This document shows, piece after piece, positions 43,516 through 57,284 of a stretch of 64,000 nt of DNA. This stretch comes from Adineta vaga (taxonomy: Eukaryota; Animalia; Rotifera), in contig CP075494.1 of NCBI GenBank assembly GCA_021613535.1, positions 13,144,001 through 13,208,000 of the forward strand, in the 5' to 3' direction. Within the stretch, counting starts at the first letter, position 1, and each line of letters opens with the position of its first letter. Below the pieces are notes generated by a model. That model had not been told where the DNA came from. It did not search any database and was given only the letters and a program-made list of their open reading frames with translations. The position numbers and the translations under genes are program-made.

Positions 43516-44362
43516 AAAATAAAACATATTATTTTACTGAAGGTTGACCAAAAAACGGAAAAAGAGTGACATGTTATTCGAAGAATGGCCTCAACACCTA
43601 CAACAATATTTACTATTAACATTTACCATTCAATTGAAAAAAACTATCATTTTTTGATTTTATAGATGTTTTAATTGACATATGTTGCTAATAGAAAAGA
43701 AGAAAAAAAAAAGATGAAATACATAAAGAAATCTCTCTATAAAGAGGATAGATGAGTTGAAAAACACCTCGCAAATATGTTCAACCATCTAAACACGAAT
43801 ATCATCACGTTTCTCAACCCCAGAAATACTAATGATTTTGTTTTGAATTAGTTTCATCATCATCAATTGTTCCATCATCAGCTGATATTCAGATCGTCAT
43901 TAATTCTTTTTTCATTTTCTTTCATTTATTCGTCTTCTTTGAGTGGTCATATGCATGAAACATGTACATTATATTACTCTTGCTGCAAAGAATTCTCTTT
44001 TTTTAAATATATTTCTTCTAGGAATTACAGTATAATCTTTTAAAACTATGACCATATGCTTACTTTTTCATTGTCTATTGAATGATCAAATTTTCAAATA
44101 ATCATTTCATTTGTTTATTTATTTTTTTAATTTCCATGTGTGCCATCTACCCTTCAAAACAAAAAGATATAACCTAAAAGAAAGTTATTTTCGATCGTCA
44201 TGTATGAACTTTTGGAAGTATCAAGAACCATACTACTGCAAAAAAAGATATTTTTAATGGAATCTGACACGAAAGAAAAATTTATCTTTTCTCACATAAT
44301 GTCAATGAAGAAATAAGTTTCTACCACTGAAAGATAGTCTTTCCAGCGCCGCATAACAGCTA

Positions 44363-45284
44363 ACAGGTGGGCCATAAAGAATTACACTACTTTGTTTTCG
44401 CTATAACTTACTCATTTTCAACGCTATTAACCGAAAGTTTCTTTTTTAAGATTCGCTATTCAATTCTCTACAAAATCATATATAAAAGATCTTTGTAAGC
44501 TACAAAACGGCTAAGTTCTGAAACGAAGGAAAAAGGTCTCGAAATCTTCAACTTTCAAGCCCAAAAGCCGGTTTGTCTAAAATTTGCGATCCGTGCGACA
44601 AAGTACGAAAAAATTAAATGAGCCATGTTAAGGAGCATCATATTCTGGACAAGATTCATATCTTTTGAATTTTTTATCAAAAACTGAGTAGAAAATTCAG
44701 GAGCAATGTTTTCCATTATTCGAAAAAACTCACTTTCTTTTAATGCTTTTGATGTCTGCACGAAAGCACATGTTATTCAGCGAAAGAGGGTTATTTTACT
44801 AGCGTTTGTTGTGATGTGAAAGCTAACATACTCGACTACGTCCATGTACATTCATACGAGTCATGCGAAGTTTCGTTTGCGGTAGATTTTCGTGAAAACC
44901 GAGATTAAGACATTTGGACGTTTTCAGGAAATTTTCAGTTAATAGGTGACAGTTAACTTACTCTAAAGAAAACTTTTTCCACGCATATCGGAAGAAGCAT
45001 ATTTGAAAATGCCAGAAAATGTCTCTCCCGTAATTTAAGCGTGCGTCCAAATTGTCGAAACATACTGAAAAAGTCGATGTACTGTGAGCTTGAAAGTTGA
45101 AGATTTCAAGACCTTTTCCATTCGTTTTAGCACTTAGCCGGTTTGTAGCTTACAAAGCTCTTTGATATATGGTTTTGTAGAGAATTGAATAGCGAATCTT
45201 AAAACAGAAACTTTCGGTTAACAGCGTCGAAAATGAGTAAGTTATAGCGAAAAAAAGTAGTGTAATTCATTATGGCCCACCCGT
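44363..45284. mobile_element. 0.92-kb MITE with about 200-bp terminal inverted repeats and a probable TA target duplication (Tc1/mariner-like)
   Basis: 44363-44560 (ACAGGTGGGCCATAAAGAATTACACTAC...ACTTTCAAGC) is an imperfect reverse complement of 45088-45284. TA at 44361-44362 and 45285-45286; no transposase ORF. Confidence 0.88.
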
Positions 45285-46075
45285 TAATTACCTCTCGATA
45301 TACCTCAAAATACAAACTAATAAAACGTTACAAAATTAGCTACGCTGAAGTAGCGCAAAATAATTGGTAGGATTTTCTATCCTTCTATTTTATATTAGAA
45401 ATCTTTATATCTTCTTCTAGAGAATTTTACAGTGCAGTTTTTGACAAAAAACTATGATAGCTATTTGAGATCGCAGAAAGAAAAAGAAAAAATAAGAGTT
45501 GCTTTATTTTCTCTGGGCCACCTGTTACAACTCTAAAACTAATGATTCAATAAAATAACCGGTGCGATGCAGCAAAACGAAAGGCGCCAAAATGAACGAT
45601 TAAGAGAGAGAGAGCACAAGATTGATGATCCTATGCCGTGCTATCGCAATATCGTCTTAGTTTTGAAATCTTTTTTCTCTTAGCATAGCAAAAACGTTCT
45701 CTTAGACACCTTGATGCCTGATGTAAAAATGAGCCTATTATGCTTTCTTTCTCTATGGTCAAGTTACATCTCTAATTGTTACAAAATACGTTATCAGTTT
45801 AATCCATATACTGTCCTCATTCAAAAGATAATATAATGTTCTGAGCAAACAACATGAGTAAGACCCCGAACAGACAGAAATAATGAATGGCGAAGGCATG
45901 CACGAAAAAAATTTGCGATCTATTGACCATAGTTGGATATGATAATGTTCATATTTCTCGTCCATTGTTATCATAGGCGACAAGGAAAAAAATATACATA
46001 CATATATTTACATATATATATATTGAAACAAATAGGCAAGGACAGTCAAATAAAAACATTTGAAACAAGGTTCAT

Positions 46076-47779
46076 ATGAATATATGCGATTTGCCCGATG
46101 AAATATTATCTAGCATTATCAGAAAGTTGAACATTGTTGATGTGTTCTATTCACTAGTGAATGTGAATGAGCGTTTGGATCAATTGGTATTTGATCTTCT
46201 TTACATTCGTCATCTTGATATGAGCATCAAGTCACCATTTAGTAGCATATCTCACATAGATGATCAAGCATTTCTAAGTATTTGTGAAAAAGTGTTACCT
46301 CGAGTTCAAGATCGAGTGAATAAACTTACTGTTGAACCACGATCAATAGAACACGTTCTTCGTATGGTCGATTATCCGCAACTCTCTTCGTTGTCATTTA
46401 TTTACTTCTCAGAGGGAATACTTGTTTATTATTTAAAAGGTACTGTTTAATTTTGTTTGTTTAATTGATAAAATGATGGTATTATTCAGTTGCAGGTAAC
46501 AAAATTATTCGTGATCTTGTTCAGCGAGTTACACAGATTACAATCCATCTTGAAAACAGAATACCAAGCGAAACTCCTCTGCTTCGACGTATTCTTTTTG
46601 AATGGATAATAACTTCATGCAAACGATTAATCGAACTGAATTTTTGTTATTTTTTTTCTCATCAACAGCCGGTAGTTCGTCTTTTTGGGTTACCATCAAC
46701 AAGTTGTATGTCTTCAACTTTAACCAAATTAGAAATTAATGTCGAAAGTATCAATGATTGTCTTTATCTTCATGATAGACGTCTGGAATGTTTATCGATT
46801 TTGCATATTTTTGTGAAATATATTGACAGTACATTATCAACCATGGATAACACGGTAACTAGAATTTCTGTTATGATATTTTAGCTAAATTAAACATTAT
46901 ATCTAAATCTATAGATGTTCTTGATTGTTTTTCTGTTTAGAAAAAACACCCTCAAATTGAAGTGTTTTTCATTAAGCTCATTTAATTATGTTACTCTTTA
47001 TCACAATCGAATTATTCCATTACTTCGTCGAATGATAAATCTTGAAGAATTAATATTATATTTGACGGTTAAAAGATGTGACTCGACTCATGTTGACGAT
47101 GTTAATTTATATAACGAAATTCTTATTTATATGCCACGATTAAACAAATTTATGTTCAGTATAGATTCTTATGTAGCCAAAGAAAATATTATGAGTAATT
47201 TTTCGTCGAATGAAGATATTCAAAAAAGTTTCATTGAATCACGATATGGTCAAGTTGGTTCTTTTGTGTCTGATACAAGAATGAATGACGCCCACAGATG
47301 CCATATTTATTCAATTCCTTATGGATTTGTAGATTTTATCAGACTTGATAATTCGTTTTCAGGCGGAATATTTCATAAAGTGCGATACTTGATGATGCAA
47401 GACAAACGACCATTTGAGCATCAATTTTTCCACTTCGTGTCACAATGTTTTCCTTACCTTGAATATTTACATGTGTATAATGATAAAGCACAAAAAGAAA
47501 AGCAAAATTTTACTCAATTGATCACATTTCCTTATATGACGTCGCTTTATGTGAAAGCAGCACATGAGGAAGAATTACACTGTACAATTTCTCTTGAAGA
47601 GAAAGACTTATCTACCCAATTTGTTACATCTTCAAATTAGACTTGACTTACTGATGATGGTAACGAATAATTTTACTGATGATGCCACGAATTTCAATTT
47701 CGCTAAGATAAAACAACTTGATATATCGGAACCATTTTATCGACCAGATAATTTTTCTGAATACTTTCCTTTATTGTAA
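46076..47779 (+). pseudogene. F-box/LRR-like gene with an apparent frameshift
   Basis: MNICDLPDEIL...VDVFYSLVNVNERLD F-box; 3 exons. The family-like C-terminus (NYTVQFLL...LPNLLHLQI...FSEYFPLL) lies in another frame from about 47570. Confidence 0.7.
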
Positions 47780-48724
47780 AAAAAGAGAATTATTTCTAAT
47801 TCAATATTGTTAATTTCAATTCCATGATACTCTTATGGACTATTCGGATATATTGAATATGTTTTCTTTTCTTGATGTATATAAAGATGAATAAACCTTG
47901 TATACGAATAATAGACGGTTGAACAAAGTATCATAAGACAATCACATCTATGATCTCTACTATGCTGAAAGTAATACAGTGAGTCACTCGAAACTATAAC
48001 TTCAAAAATATCTTTTTCAAGATGATGAATTTTTATTAGATGATCATACAGATGTCGCCAGTATATTAGAAATTTTACTCGATGAAATTTTCATTTTTCT
48101 TTGCTTAAAAAGTACCAAAGATAATATTCATGTCACATGAAGCATTTGTTGTGATGTTCTTACAGTTAAGACTAGTTTCCTGTAAGGTACATCATTATTA
48201 AAAATTTCATTTATTTGTTTTAACCAGTGTTTTTTCGTGGAAATTGATGTATTCTTAAAAGTGATGTTTTTCTCTCGAGGGATTACTAATTAATTTACTT
48301 CTCGTCCTCAAAATAAACATATTAAATTATCATTAATTAATCTTTTTATTTCATACAGTTCTTCATGTCTTACATATTCCTTAAAACGATCCTGTTTATT
48401 GTAGAGTTTTCGATACGCCCTATCTTTCAACTAACACATGTTGAATACATTCGTCTGACTGTTGAACATCTATTAAGAAGATGAAAACATGATTATGATC
48501 TTATCTCCTTGTAAATACCGATATTTAGATACTTACCGACCAAGAAAGTGAATGAGACAGGAAAAAAAGAATAAACTTTCTCCATTACAGACATTATTTT
48601 TATTTATCAGATAAGAATCGATATTATACTTAAATTTTACACTTGAAAACAAAAAATATTCTAAATTTTTCCTTGCGAAAATGTGGCTATAACAAGAGAG
48701 CACTTTTGACACATATTTTTTCCA

Positions 48725-50832
48725 TTAATAACGCGATATAAGATTTCACTTGAAATTTTTCACTATAAATAATTCTAGTAAAGTTTTACAGTAAAGTACG
48801 TCAGTGAGATTGTTGTGGACGTCATTGATATTTGATCAAAATATTTTTTCGAAAGAAAACACTATGATTTTGATTTAACCTACGCGTATACATAGAGTAT
48901 ATATAGCTATAGATGATGAAAATAATTATAATACAATTGCTTCTTCAACAGCAACGATGTTTTGGTTAATAGTGATTTTCATTCTTGTACCTCAATTATC
49001 AATAACAATAGCTTCATTTGATTGTTATGAATGTTCTCAAAGAATGATTCTTAATTCTCCACATCCACTTCGTATACCAACCAACTGTACATTAAAAAAT
49101 GAAACCAGTACGACATGTATGGCCACCTTACGACTCGATTTTGAACAAAACAATGGATCGATGATTTTAGATGGTCTATCTCGAGATTTATTGAATTTTT
49201 CCGATCATACGACAATTATTACACATAATATGCAGATTTTATTTGATAGTCAAAAATTAGAACGTACTTTTCAAATATACTGCTTTGAAAATGAATCATG
49301 TATCAACGACTTGTATCGTATCTATGAATTGAGTATGTACAAATCATGGATATCAATGAATTTTTGAATGTATGTTTTGTTTTATAATAGGTAAAAGACA
49401 CAACATTATTGAATTGCGAGAAAAACTTCAATCGAAGTTGTATGATTCGTCTGATTCGACGTATCTCTCCTGTGAAAATAATCAAAATGAAACTATTCCA
49501 TGTCCTAATGGTTATTGTCAATTAATTAATAATGGTGAATCAGATTATACTCGAAATTGTATACCAGAAGGATTTTCTATTTTACCACCAGGCATTTTCA
49601 TAGCATCGAGTATGGTAAATGATTTTGATACAAAAGCACCTTTTATGTATATTTGTAATCAAAACATGTGTAATAATATGGAACTAGCTGAATACGTACA
49701 AAATTCATTAACACAATATGGATTACTAACACCGTTTTATGAAACACCTATATATGTACTAGAAACAACAACAACAACAATAAATGAAACAACAACTGTG
49801 AAGTCAAAAGGTTTATTAATGAAAGTTTCATCTGAGAATATTTTTGGTATTCAATTGATTGTTTTATTGATAATAACATTCTTTTTCGGAAAACTATAAA
49901 TGTGAATTTGATGTCTCATGTGCTGCTCCTTGAAATGACTATGTATGATATCACATTAACTTTGCGATCATTCCCCTCGCTTACAAAAAAGAAAATATAA
50001 TAAACGTCACTTCTCATATCAATTTTCTTTCTTTCTTTTTGAAACTTCAAAGAAACTCCGAAAGCAGTTTTCTTTTATACATTTGTCGACCAAAATATCA
50101 GTACAACAACGTAATTCTAAGATTCACATAATAAGCTGCTAGTAAATAATGTATTAATCATAAAATGAAGACAATACATTTGAATTATACCGTACTTATA
50201 AGATCGAATTTATCATCAAGTAAATATAACTTATTCTTAACAAATATAGATCGCAGCACAAAATAATACGAAATAAATATTTAATCAAACTATCCATTCA
50301 AAGATAAATGCAGGAGATCATATATATATATATATATATATATACATAAACAGGAAGTAGTCGAATATTTGGCATATTATATTTATTCTCATGACTATGT
50401 ATTGCTATTTAACTACGTTTCTTTACGTTTTATATGCTGCTCGAATAACTCTGGGACTTGATTGTTTCGTATGTAATCAAACCTTAGTATTGAGTTCATT
50501 TGAAATGATTAATACAACACGAGCTGAATGTAAATCAACACATAAGGTCAGTCCGATGTGTATGTCAACATTATCGATAGATGCTGAAAGAAAAAATGTT
50601 CATGTCACTTTTGAACATTCAAATGAACAGACATTACTTTTTACAAATGGACATAAGATGACTCAGAGTACTACGAGTATTTGGTTTAATAAAAATATCG
50701 TTACCCAAAGTTTTCAAGCATTTTGTGTCAACAGTACAATTTGTGCAGGAGACATGAACAAGATGTATAATCGAAGTAAGTTTAACAAAGATGTTATTCT
50801 AAGTCTTCATATTGAAAGATCAACAATAGATT
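48725..50832 (+). repeat. Direct segmental duplication, copy 2 (2108 bp)
   Basis: Near-identical to 39079-41188. Confidence 0.97.
48957..49899 (+). CDS. Ly6/uPAR-like surface protein A (copy 2)
   Basis: Same two-exon gene as 39313-40255 with one amino-acid difference (LYNSS vs LYDSS). Confidence 0.75.
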
Positions 50833-51462
50833 CTAATGTGTCTTTCGATATATTTGTTATTATTTTTCTTAGTGAAAAGTTTCAATGCTGTTGAACTTCG
50901 TACAAAACTACAAGAACGTTTATATTCTTCACAATTAAATATTTTTAATTTAACATGTGCCAATAATCAGGGTCAAATTGTTATGTGTGAAAATGGTTTT
51001 TGTCAATTAACTCGACGAAGTCCTACTGATTTTCATCGTACATGCGTATCTCAAGGTGAAAGTACAAATCCATCTGGGATTGTCGTCAAAACACATACTA
51101 TAGAACAATCGCACTCCGAAGTATCGTTTACATACGCTTGCAATAAACCGATGTGTAATGGAGTTGAAACAGATGCACTTGTTCAACACTGGTTAGACCA
51201 CTATAATATAACACGATCATTAGAGACAGATGAAACTATCATACCATCAGTAACAACGGCGGTCACAAGGCCAACCTTACTTACCTCTGGAAGACCATCA
51301 ATAGGATTGAGTTCAGTATCAAATCGACCTTTATCCACAGGAAAAACTGTTAGCACGAGACGTTCAATCACCACAACAACAACAATAAAATCAAATGCAA
51401 CTACAATAATGAATTCGAAATGGATGCTTCTTTTGCTAGTGACAATTCTATTAAAAATCTAG
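50391..51462 (+). CDS. Ly6/uPAR-like Cys-rich surface protein B (intact paralogue of A)
   Basis: Signal peptide, LDCFVC, one intron at the same position as in A, ELRTKLQERLY..TC...CENGFC...YACNKPMCN, Ser/Thr stalk and hydrophobic tail. Confidence 0.75.
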
Positions 51463-52068
51463 ATGAGCTCCTTAGTTTTCATCAAACTTTTCCGTATATT
51501 TACAAAAAAAACACCTCTAAAATTTATCGAAATAAAGTTACAATTTATAGTTTTTTTGAGTTGATTCTTTTTGAATTTATTTTTTTCGAAGTATAATTCA
51601 ATTCTTTCTTCTTCGAGCGTAAAAAACGAATGCTTCTATGGTACCATCAAAGTATGTTTGTGTGGAGGTTGTCGATGGCAGGACAAATAAAAAAAGATTC
51701 CGTATGTATGTACATGTGTGTGTGTGTGTATGCATGAATCAAATTCATTTTTCTTCATTTAAAAAAGAAACTGTCATATAGGCAGAACATAAACAGTGCG
51801 TGTTTGGGTATGTGAATTGTAAATAAATCAACAAGACAAAAATAAGACATAAATCGTGGTAAGTTGTTCGAATGAAAAACAAGTCTTTTCTCAATATTAT
51901 ATTATAAATATGTACAATAAGTCATTTGTATGCACGATTATGAACTGAAGCCAACTTTGACCTTATTGAATTTGAAATAGACTAGAAAGAAATGGTTATG
52001 AATAAAACAGAAAAAAAGGAACTTTTTTTATGATTTATTTAGACAATTGAATCGACATAGTTTGAAAA

Positions 52069-55000
52069 ATGTCGTATAGATATCATGATGATTCGGATAA
52101 TGATGATATTGATCCCTATGAACGTGATCCTGGACGAGAAGTTGTAGAAAAAAACACGCGAAATCGTTTGCAACGTATTGCAGATAATACAAAAGATGAA
52201 TTAAGCAAAGTATTAAAACGTGTCGATACTGTATGTTATAAAATTTCTTCTTCATTATTGAATTTCATTGTTTAATTATAATTTAGACATTAAATAATTA
52301 TGAATATTCAGTTCAATCAGCTTTAAAACAACAAGGAGCAGGCCGAACGGGTCAATCAAATGTGGAACATCTTGCTGATATAAATGAATTAGAAAGTCTA
52401 TTAAATGATACTGTTGCAAAACAAAAAGTAAATCGATTGTATTGATATAAATTAGCAATTATTTTTATATGTTTTAGTATAAACAACGTTTAACAGTGTT
52501 CATTGTTGGACAAACAGAATTAGCGACTGAAAAAGCAAGTCTACTTCAACAAATCGAACAAGTAATATTCAAATTAATTTGAAATTTAAAACAATCGATT
52601 ATATTTTTAGTTTTTTAATGAACAAAAACAAAGTTTTAGTGGCAATGAATTCAGTAGTTATGATATTCGAAATGAAACACAAGATGAAATTGATTTAACA
52701 CTTCGATCATTTGATGTAAAAGATTGTTATCTTCATGTTAAACATCTTGGAACTCGATTGAATGAATTAAATGATGATATTATTACGTATTTAATTCAAA
52801 ATGCTGCAGCGAAACATCAAGCCAAGTAAATTTCATTGAATTATTATTATTTTCATTCGAATTTTCGTTTTAGAGGAAAAAAGAAATTAGCTCAAGCAAC
52901 AAAAGAAACGAAAGATCAATTATCTGCACTTCAACAAAAATTAGAATCTATTAATAATGGTCTGTAATATTATTTCATAATCTATCGCATTAAATCAACA
53001 TTCTCTTTTTTATAGAAATGATGACGAAAGATAGTAAAATAGAAACATTAGAAAAAGCTAATGAAACATTGCAACGTGATCTAAAATCTAAAACCGAATA
53101 TCTTGTAATTAGCATTCGAAATAAATGATTTATATTTTGTAAATTGAATTTTTCTTTTCTAGAAACAATTACAACAAGAAATGGTTCAATATACGTTAGA
53201 AATCAAATCACGAAATAAAACTATAACAGAATTTGAAGTTACAATTAAACAACAACAAAAACAAATCGAAGAATTAACAAATACAATAACAACTATGCAA
53301 CAAGCTCAACCACTAGTAAGAAATGATAGATATTCAATAAAGAAAAGAAAATATACAATCATTTTAGGAACCCATAATCATAACAGAACCAACTGGTATG
53401 TAATATTCTGTAGGTGGGTGACTTCTTTTTCTATCATTATTTCATATAGTTCAAGTACCACAAACAGATGATTCATCACAAACTAACGAAGAAGAATCTA
53501 TATCAAAGATGGTTTGTATTTCTTTTGTTTGACGTAGAAAATAAATCCTTTCGAAAATAATTCACCTCATTTAGGATAGACAAACACAAACAATGTCTCA
53601 AACAAATGAAGGTTCTATTCGAAATCAACCAATACCTATGGATGAAGATCTTCCAGATTTGAATTCATTCTTTAATATACCTGATGGAATTGATTTGAAT
53701 GATGTCACCAGTGAAAATGTAACAACAGCATTTACTAATCTACGAAAATTTGTATGTGATGTTTTTTCTTAAACTCAACATTTCTAATCAGTTTTCTCGA
53801 TAGGCTGTCATTCGTGTGAAAGATTTATTACAAGAACAAGTTGAATTGGAAAATTTAAAACAAGAATTTGAAGAGTATAAAGCAGAACAGGAGAAAGTAG
53901 GAGACAATTGTGTTCTTATTTTGTATAATAATAAAATTTGTTTCAGGAACGTGGTGCATTAATTGAAAAATCAGAACAGGCTTATCAATTACAGATGAAA
54001 GCAGAACAAGCATTGAGTCATTTAGAATCAATGCTAACTGAGCAAGATAAAGCGGTATTTCTATAAAGAATAATTGGTTTGAAAATATTCTTTTTTGCTT
54101 ATTTAGAAAATTCTTTTAATGCATCAGCAAAGCCAAACAGTAAGAAGATATCAAAATTCTACAGATATTTTGACTTTTGTTTTGTAGGAATTCGACGAAA
54201 ATCTTCATGAGAGCGTTTCAACACCGGAAAATTCCATTCCTATCATAGAAGTATCAAATGAACAATCCGATTCCGAAGTGAGAAGACTATTAATCTAAGA
54301 GAAATCTTGAGTTCTTTGATGATTTTCCTTTCAGGATGATGATCAAGAAGATGAAAGTGAAAAAGAAGAACGATCAGCTTCAAGAGAAAAATATTTATCA
54401 TTTATTGAAGAAAGAAAAAATCAACTTGGACATCGAACACATCAACCAGAGTCAACGGGTCCATCACGAAGAACATCACTTCGAGAGGGAGGACTATTTC
54501 AATCATTAGATACGAATAGTGGTAAATAAATATTCTATCTACTTTAAATACATATTCTTTGTTATTCAAGGTTCGCTAAGACATCGATTATCAAATGCAT
54601 CTTACTATAAAAACAGTCGTCAAGGAACTCTTCTAGGTAAACATTTTTTTAATTCATTCCAAATAACACGAGACTTGATTCTATCATAGAAATTGAACAA
54701 AAAAATAAGCATGATCATCAACAACAAACATCAACAGTTACTTCACGAAATTCTTCAAGATATCATGAAAAGTATGAGTTTGAAAAAAAACTCTTTCAAA
54801 GTTCTTTATCATTTCTTTAGATTTGTATCTCAAATGATTCAAGCCGATGAAAGTAAACTTCCATTCTATCATCTTTATGAACTAATTTATAAATTCCGTC
54901 AATGGATCATTCGTTTACTTGAACAAAATAATTTTCTTACGCTTGCTGACCGTCTTCTCATGATTAAACAATTATCATCCGATGAACATTATTCTCCCGA

Positions 55001-56949
55001 AAATTTTCTTGACAATGCCGAACGTACTCTAAAGGATACACGAAAAGTTTTACAATCATGTTTATTACTTCTATTATCGTCAATCACTGAATATCAAATG
55101 AAAGAACAAGACATTCTCAAAGAATCATTACAACCAACACGAGAACCGTCTACGATCGATAATGATCAACAAACATTACTTCTTGAACAAAAAGAAACAA
55201 TTATAAGTGAACTATCAGTAAAATATGAACAATTAACAAATGCTTATAATGAAATGAATAGAAAGCGTGAAGAAGAAATAAGGTAAAAATTATTGAAATC
55301 GATTTTCTCGAAGAACTATTTCTTTACCTTTCAGTCAAAACGAACGTTTTATTGTTGATCAACAAAAACTCATTCAAACTCTTCAACAACAAGTGATTCG
55401 TCTACAAAAACGTCTTTCAAAAATTGAAGCTGACGGTATGGTTGAACCAAGTATTATGTTCACTCGTCTTGACGTTCAACGCAATGAACAAACACTTCAA
55501 CAAGCACTTCATAAAGGCAAAGTTCTCGAAACAACCTATAATGTAAAATAAAACGTTTCAATTTCCTATTGATTATCTCTTGTCTCTAGGAACTAAATGA
55601 AACAATGGAAGATTATGTAAATTTACCATCACAACAATTAGCAAATCTTGTTAAACGATACATGCATTTTCGTCGAGCAAATGAAATTGAAGGTGAACTA
55701 ATGATAGAAATGTTGAATATTTGAACTTTTGAATTCTTATGTTTAGATCGTATTCAAAATGAAATGAATGATCATAATACAAGAAATATTTTGGAAAGAA
55801 TGGAATCATTATATGGAAGAGTTTGTTTTTCTTTTCTTGTAGAAAGAGATCATTGTCATTTTTCTTTTAATGAATTTAGCGTTCGGATGAAATCCGTCAA
55901 CAAATGTTACATGTTCGACAACAACGTACGCATTTAGCGCAAATTTTAACAGAAAAATTCGATGATCTTGAAGATGAAAATAGTATATTTTTAATTCGGC
56001 CAGTTTATTCCTATCAAGGACGGTAAGTTTTTTCAATAGTTTCTTGATCATACAAGAAAATAGTTTCGTTTGAAGAGCTGCTGTTCAATCATATATGAAA
56101 CAAGAAAAACGTCGACGAGAAGCTTTACTCAATGAAAATCAAATGAAAACTAATCATCATCCTACTCGACAATCACATGATCCAACACATCAACATGAAC
56201 AAAATCAATATATAACAACACCGATGTCTTCCTTTCGAGTTTCAAATGAAGAACAACGATTTTTCAATGTAAGAAAGAAAATTACGAATATGATTTGTCT
56301 TTTTTTGTCTTCTATTCATTATTGATAGATCGAACAAAGTGCTCCTCCATGGCGTATATCACCAACTCGACAACAAAATGATTCGAATGACAATAATCAA
56401 TCTCAACAATTTACCGTACAATTAGGTGATTTACCTCGCCTGCAAGAATATGATATTCAACGAACATTAATGCCATTGTCAAATGTTACTGCACCGCTTC
56501 TAACTACCTGCAGTAATAATATAATTGATCCATGTGTACCATCATTAAATTTACGTTCCTATCTGGCACTACAACGACCTGGTCTCAGTAATGTTCGAAC
56601 AGGAAAAACAAATGAAGTGATTCATACTGTCTCACGTGAAGCTCATTCTAGTGTATCAGGTAATTTCGCTTGATCTTGCACTTACATATATATGGTGTCT
56701 TGTAATGATGGAATAGGAAAGAGACTAACAACAAATATTCGTACTCCATTGAATTCGGTAAATGGAGATGTCAGACGAACAAGTCCACAATTACCACCGA
56801 TAAAACGATCGTTACCTTCCGGTATATCGACCAATACAAATGAAAGTAAGACTATGAAAATAAGATATTTTTTGTTAAAATTTAATACTTATTTTTAAGA
56901 ACAAATTCATGGATTTGTTGGTGCAAATGAAATTTCTTCAACTACTTGA
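52069..56949 (+). CDS. Large intron-rich coiled-coil protein of unassigned family
   Basis: More than 20 short exons with GT-AG borders, Q/E/K-rich heptads and the conserved-looking block EPSIMFTRLDVQRNEQTL. Probable stop TGA at 56947-56949. Confidence 0.65.
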
Positions 56950-57284
56950 TTGAATCAAATTACATACTTTAATTATTGATCTTTTTTTTTAATACAAAAT
57001 AAATCTTTTATCTTTTTATCTAAGGGAAATTCATGTCAAGTACTTAGTTGTACTTAAAATAGACATTTGTAGTCAGTAATAATATCTTGTCGAGAAATCT
57101 ATACACTTTGCACATTATCGTTCTATTGCTATATGAGATGTTATTTCATTCAGACACGACATCTGAGACTAAACGCATTGGATTGATTGTTTCAAAAAGA
57201 CCAATGAAAATAAATCAATGTATTCTTTTTAGGTAGGTTTCAAAAAGTAGAATATTGCTATTTCTGTGTTAAATTTTCGAAGAG

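Noticed and set aside
47975-48724. Possible Tc1-like left end (TACAGTGAGTCACTCG...) near the second breakpoint
   Set aside because: No matching inverted terminus was found in the window.
39079-50832. LTR retrotransposon interpretation of the 2.1-kb direct repeats
   Set aside because: The repeats contain intron-bearing host genes, lack TG...CA ends and a TSD, and no gag or pol lies between them.
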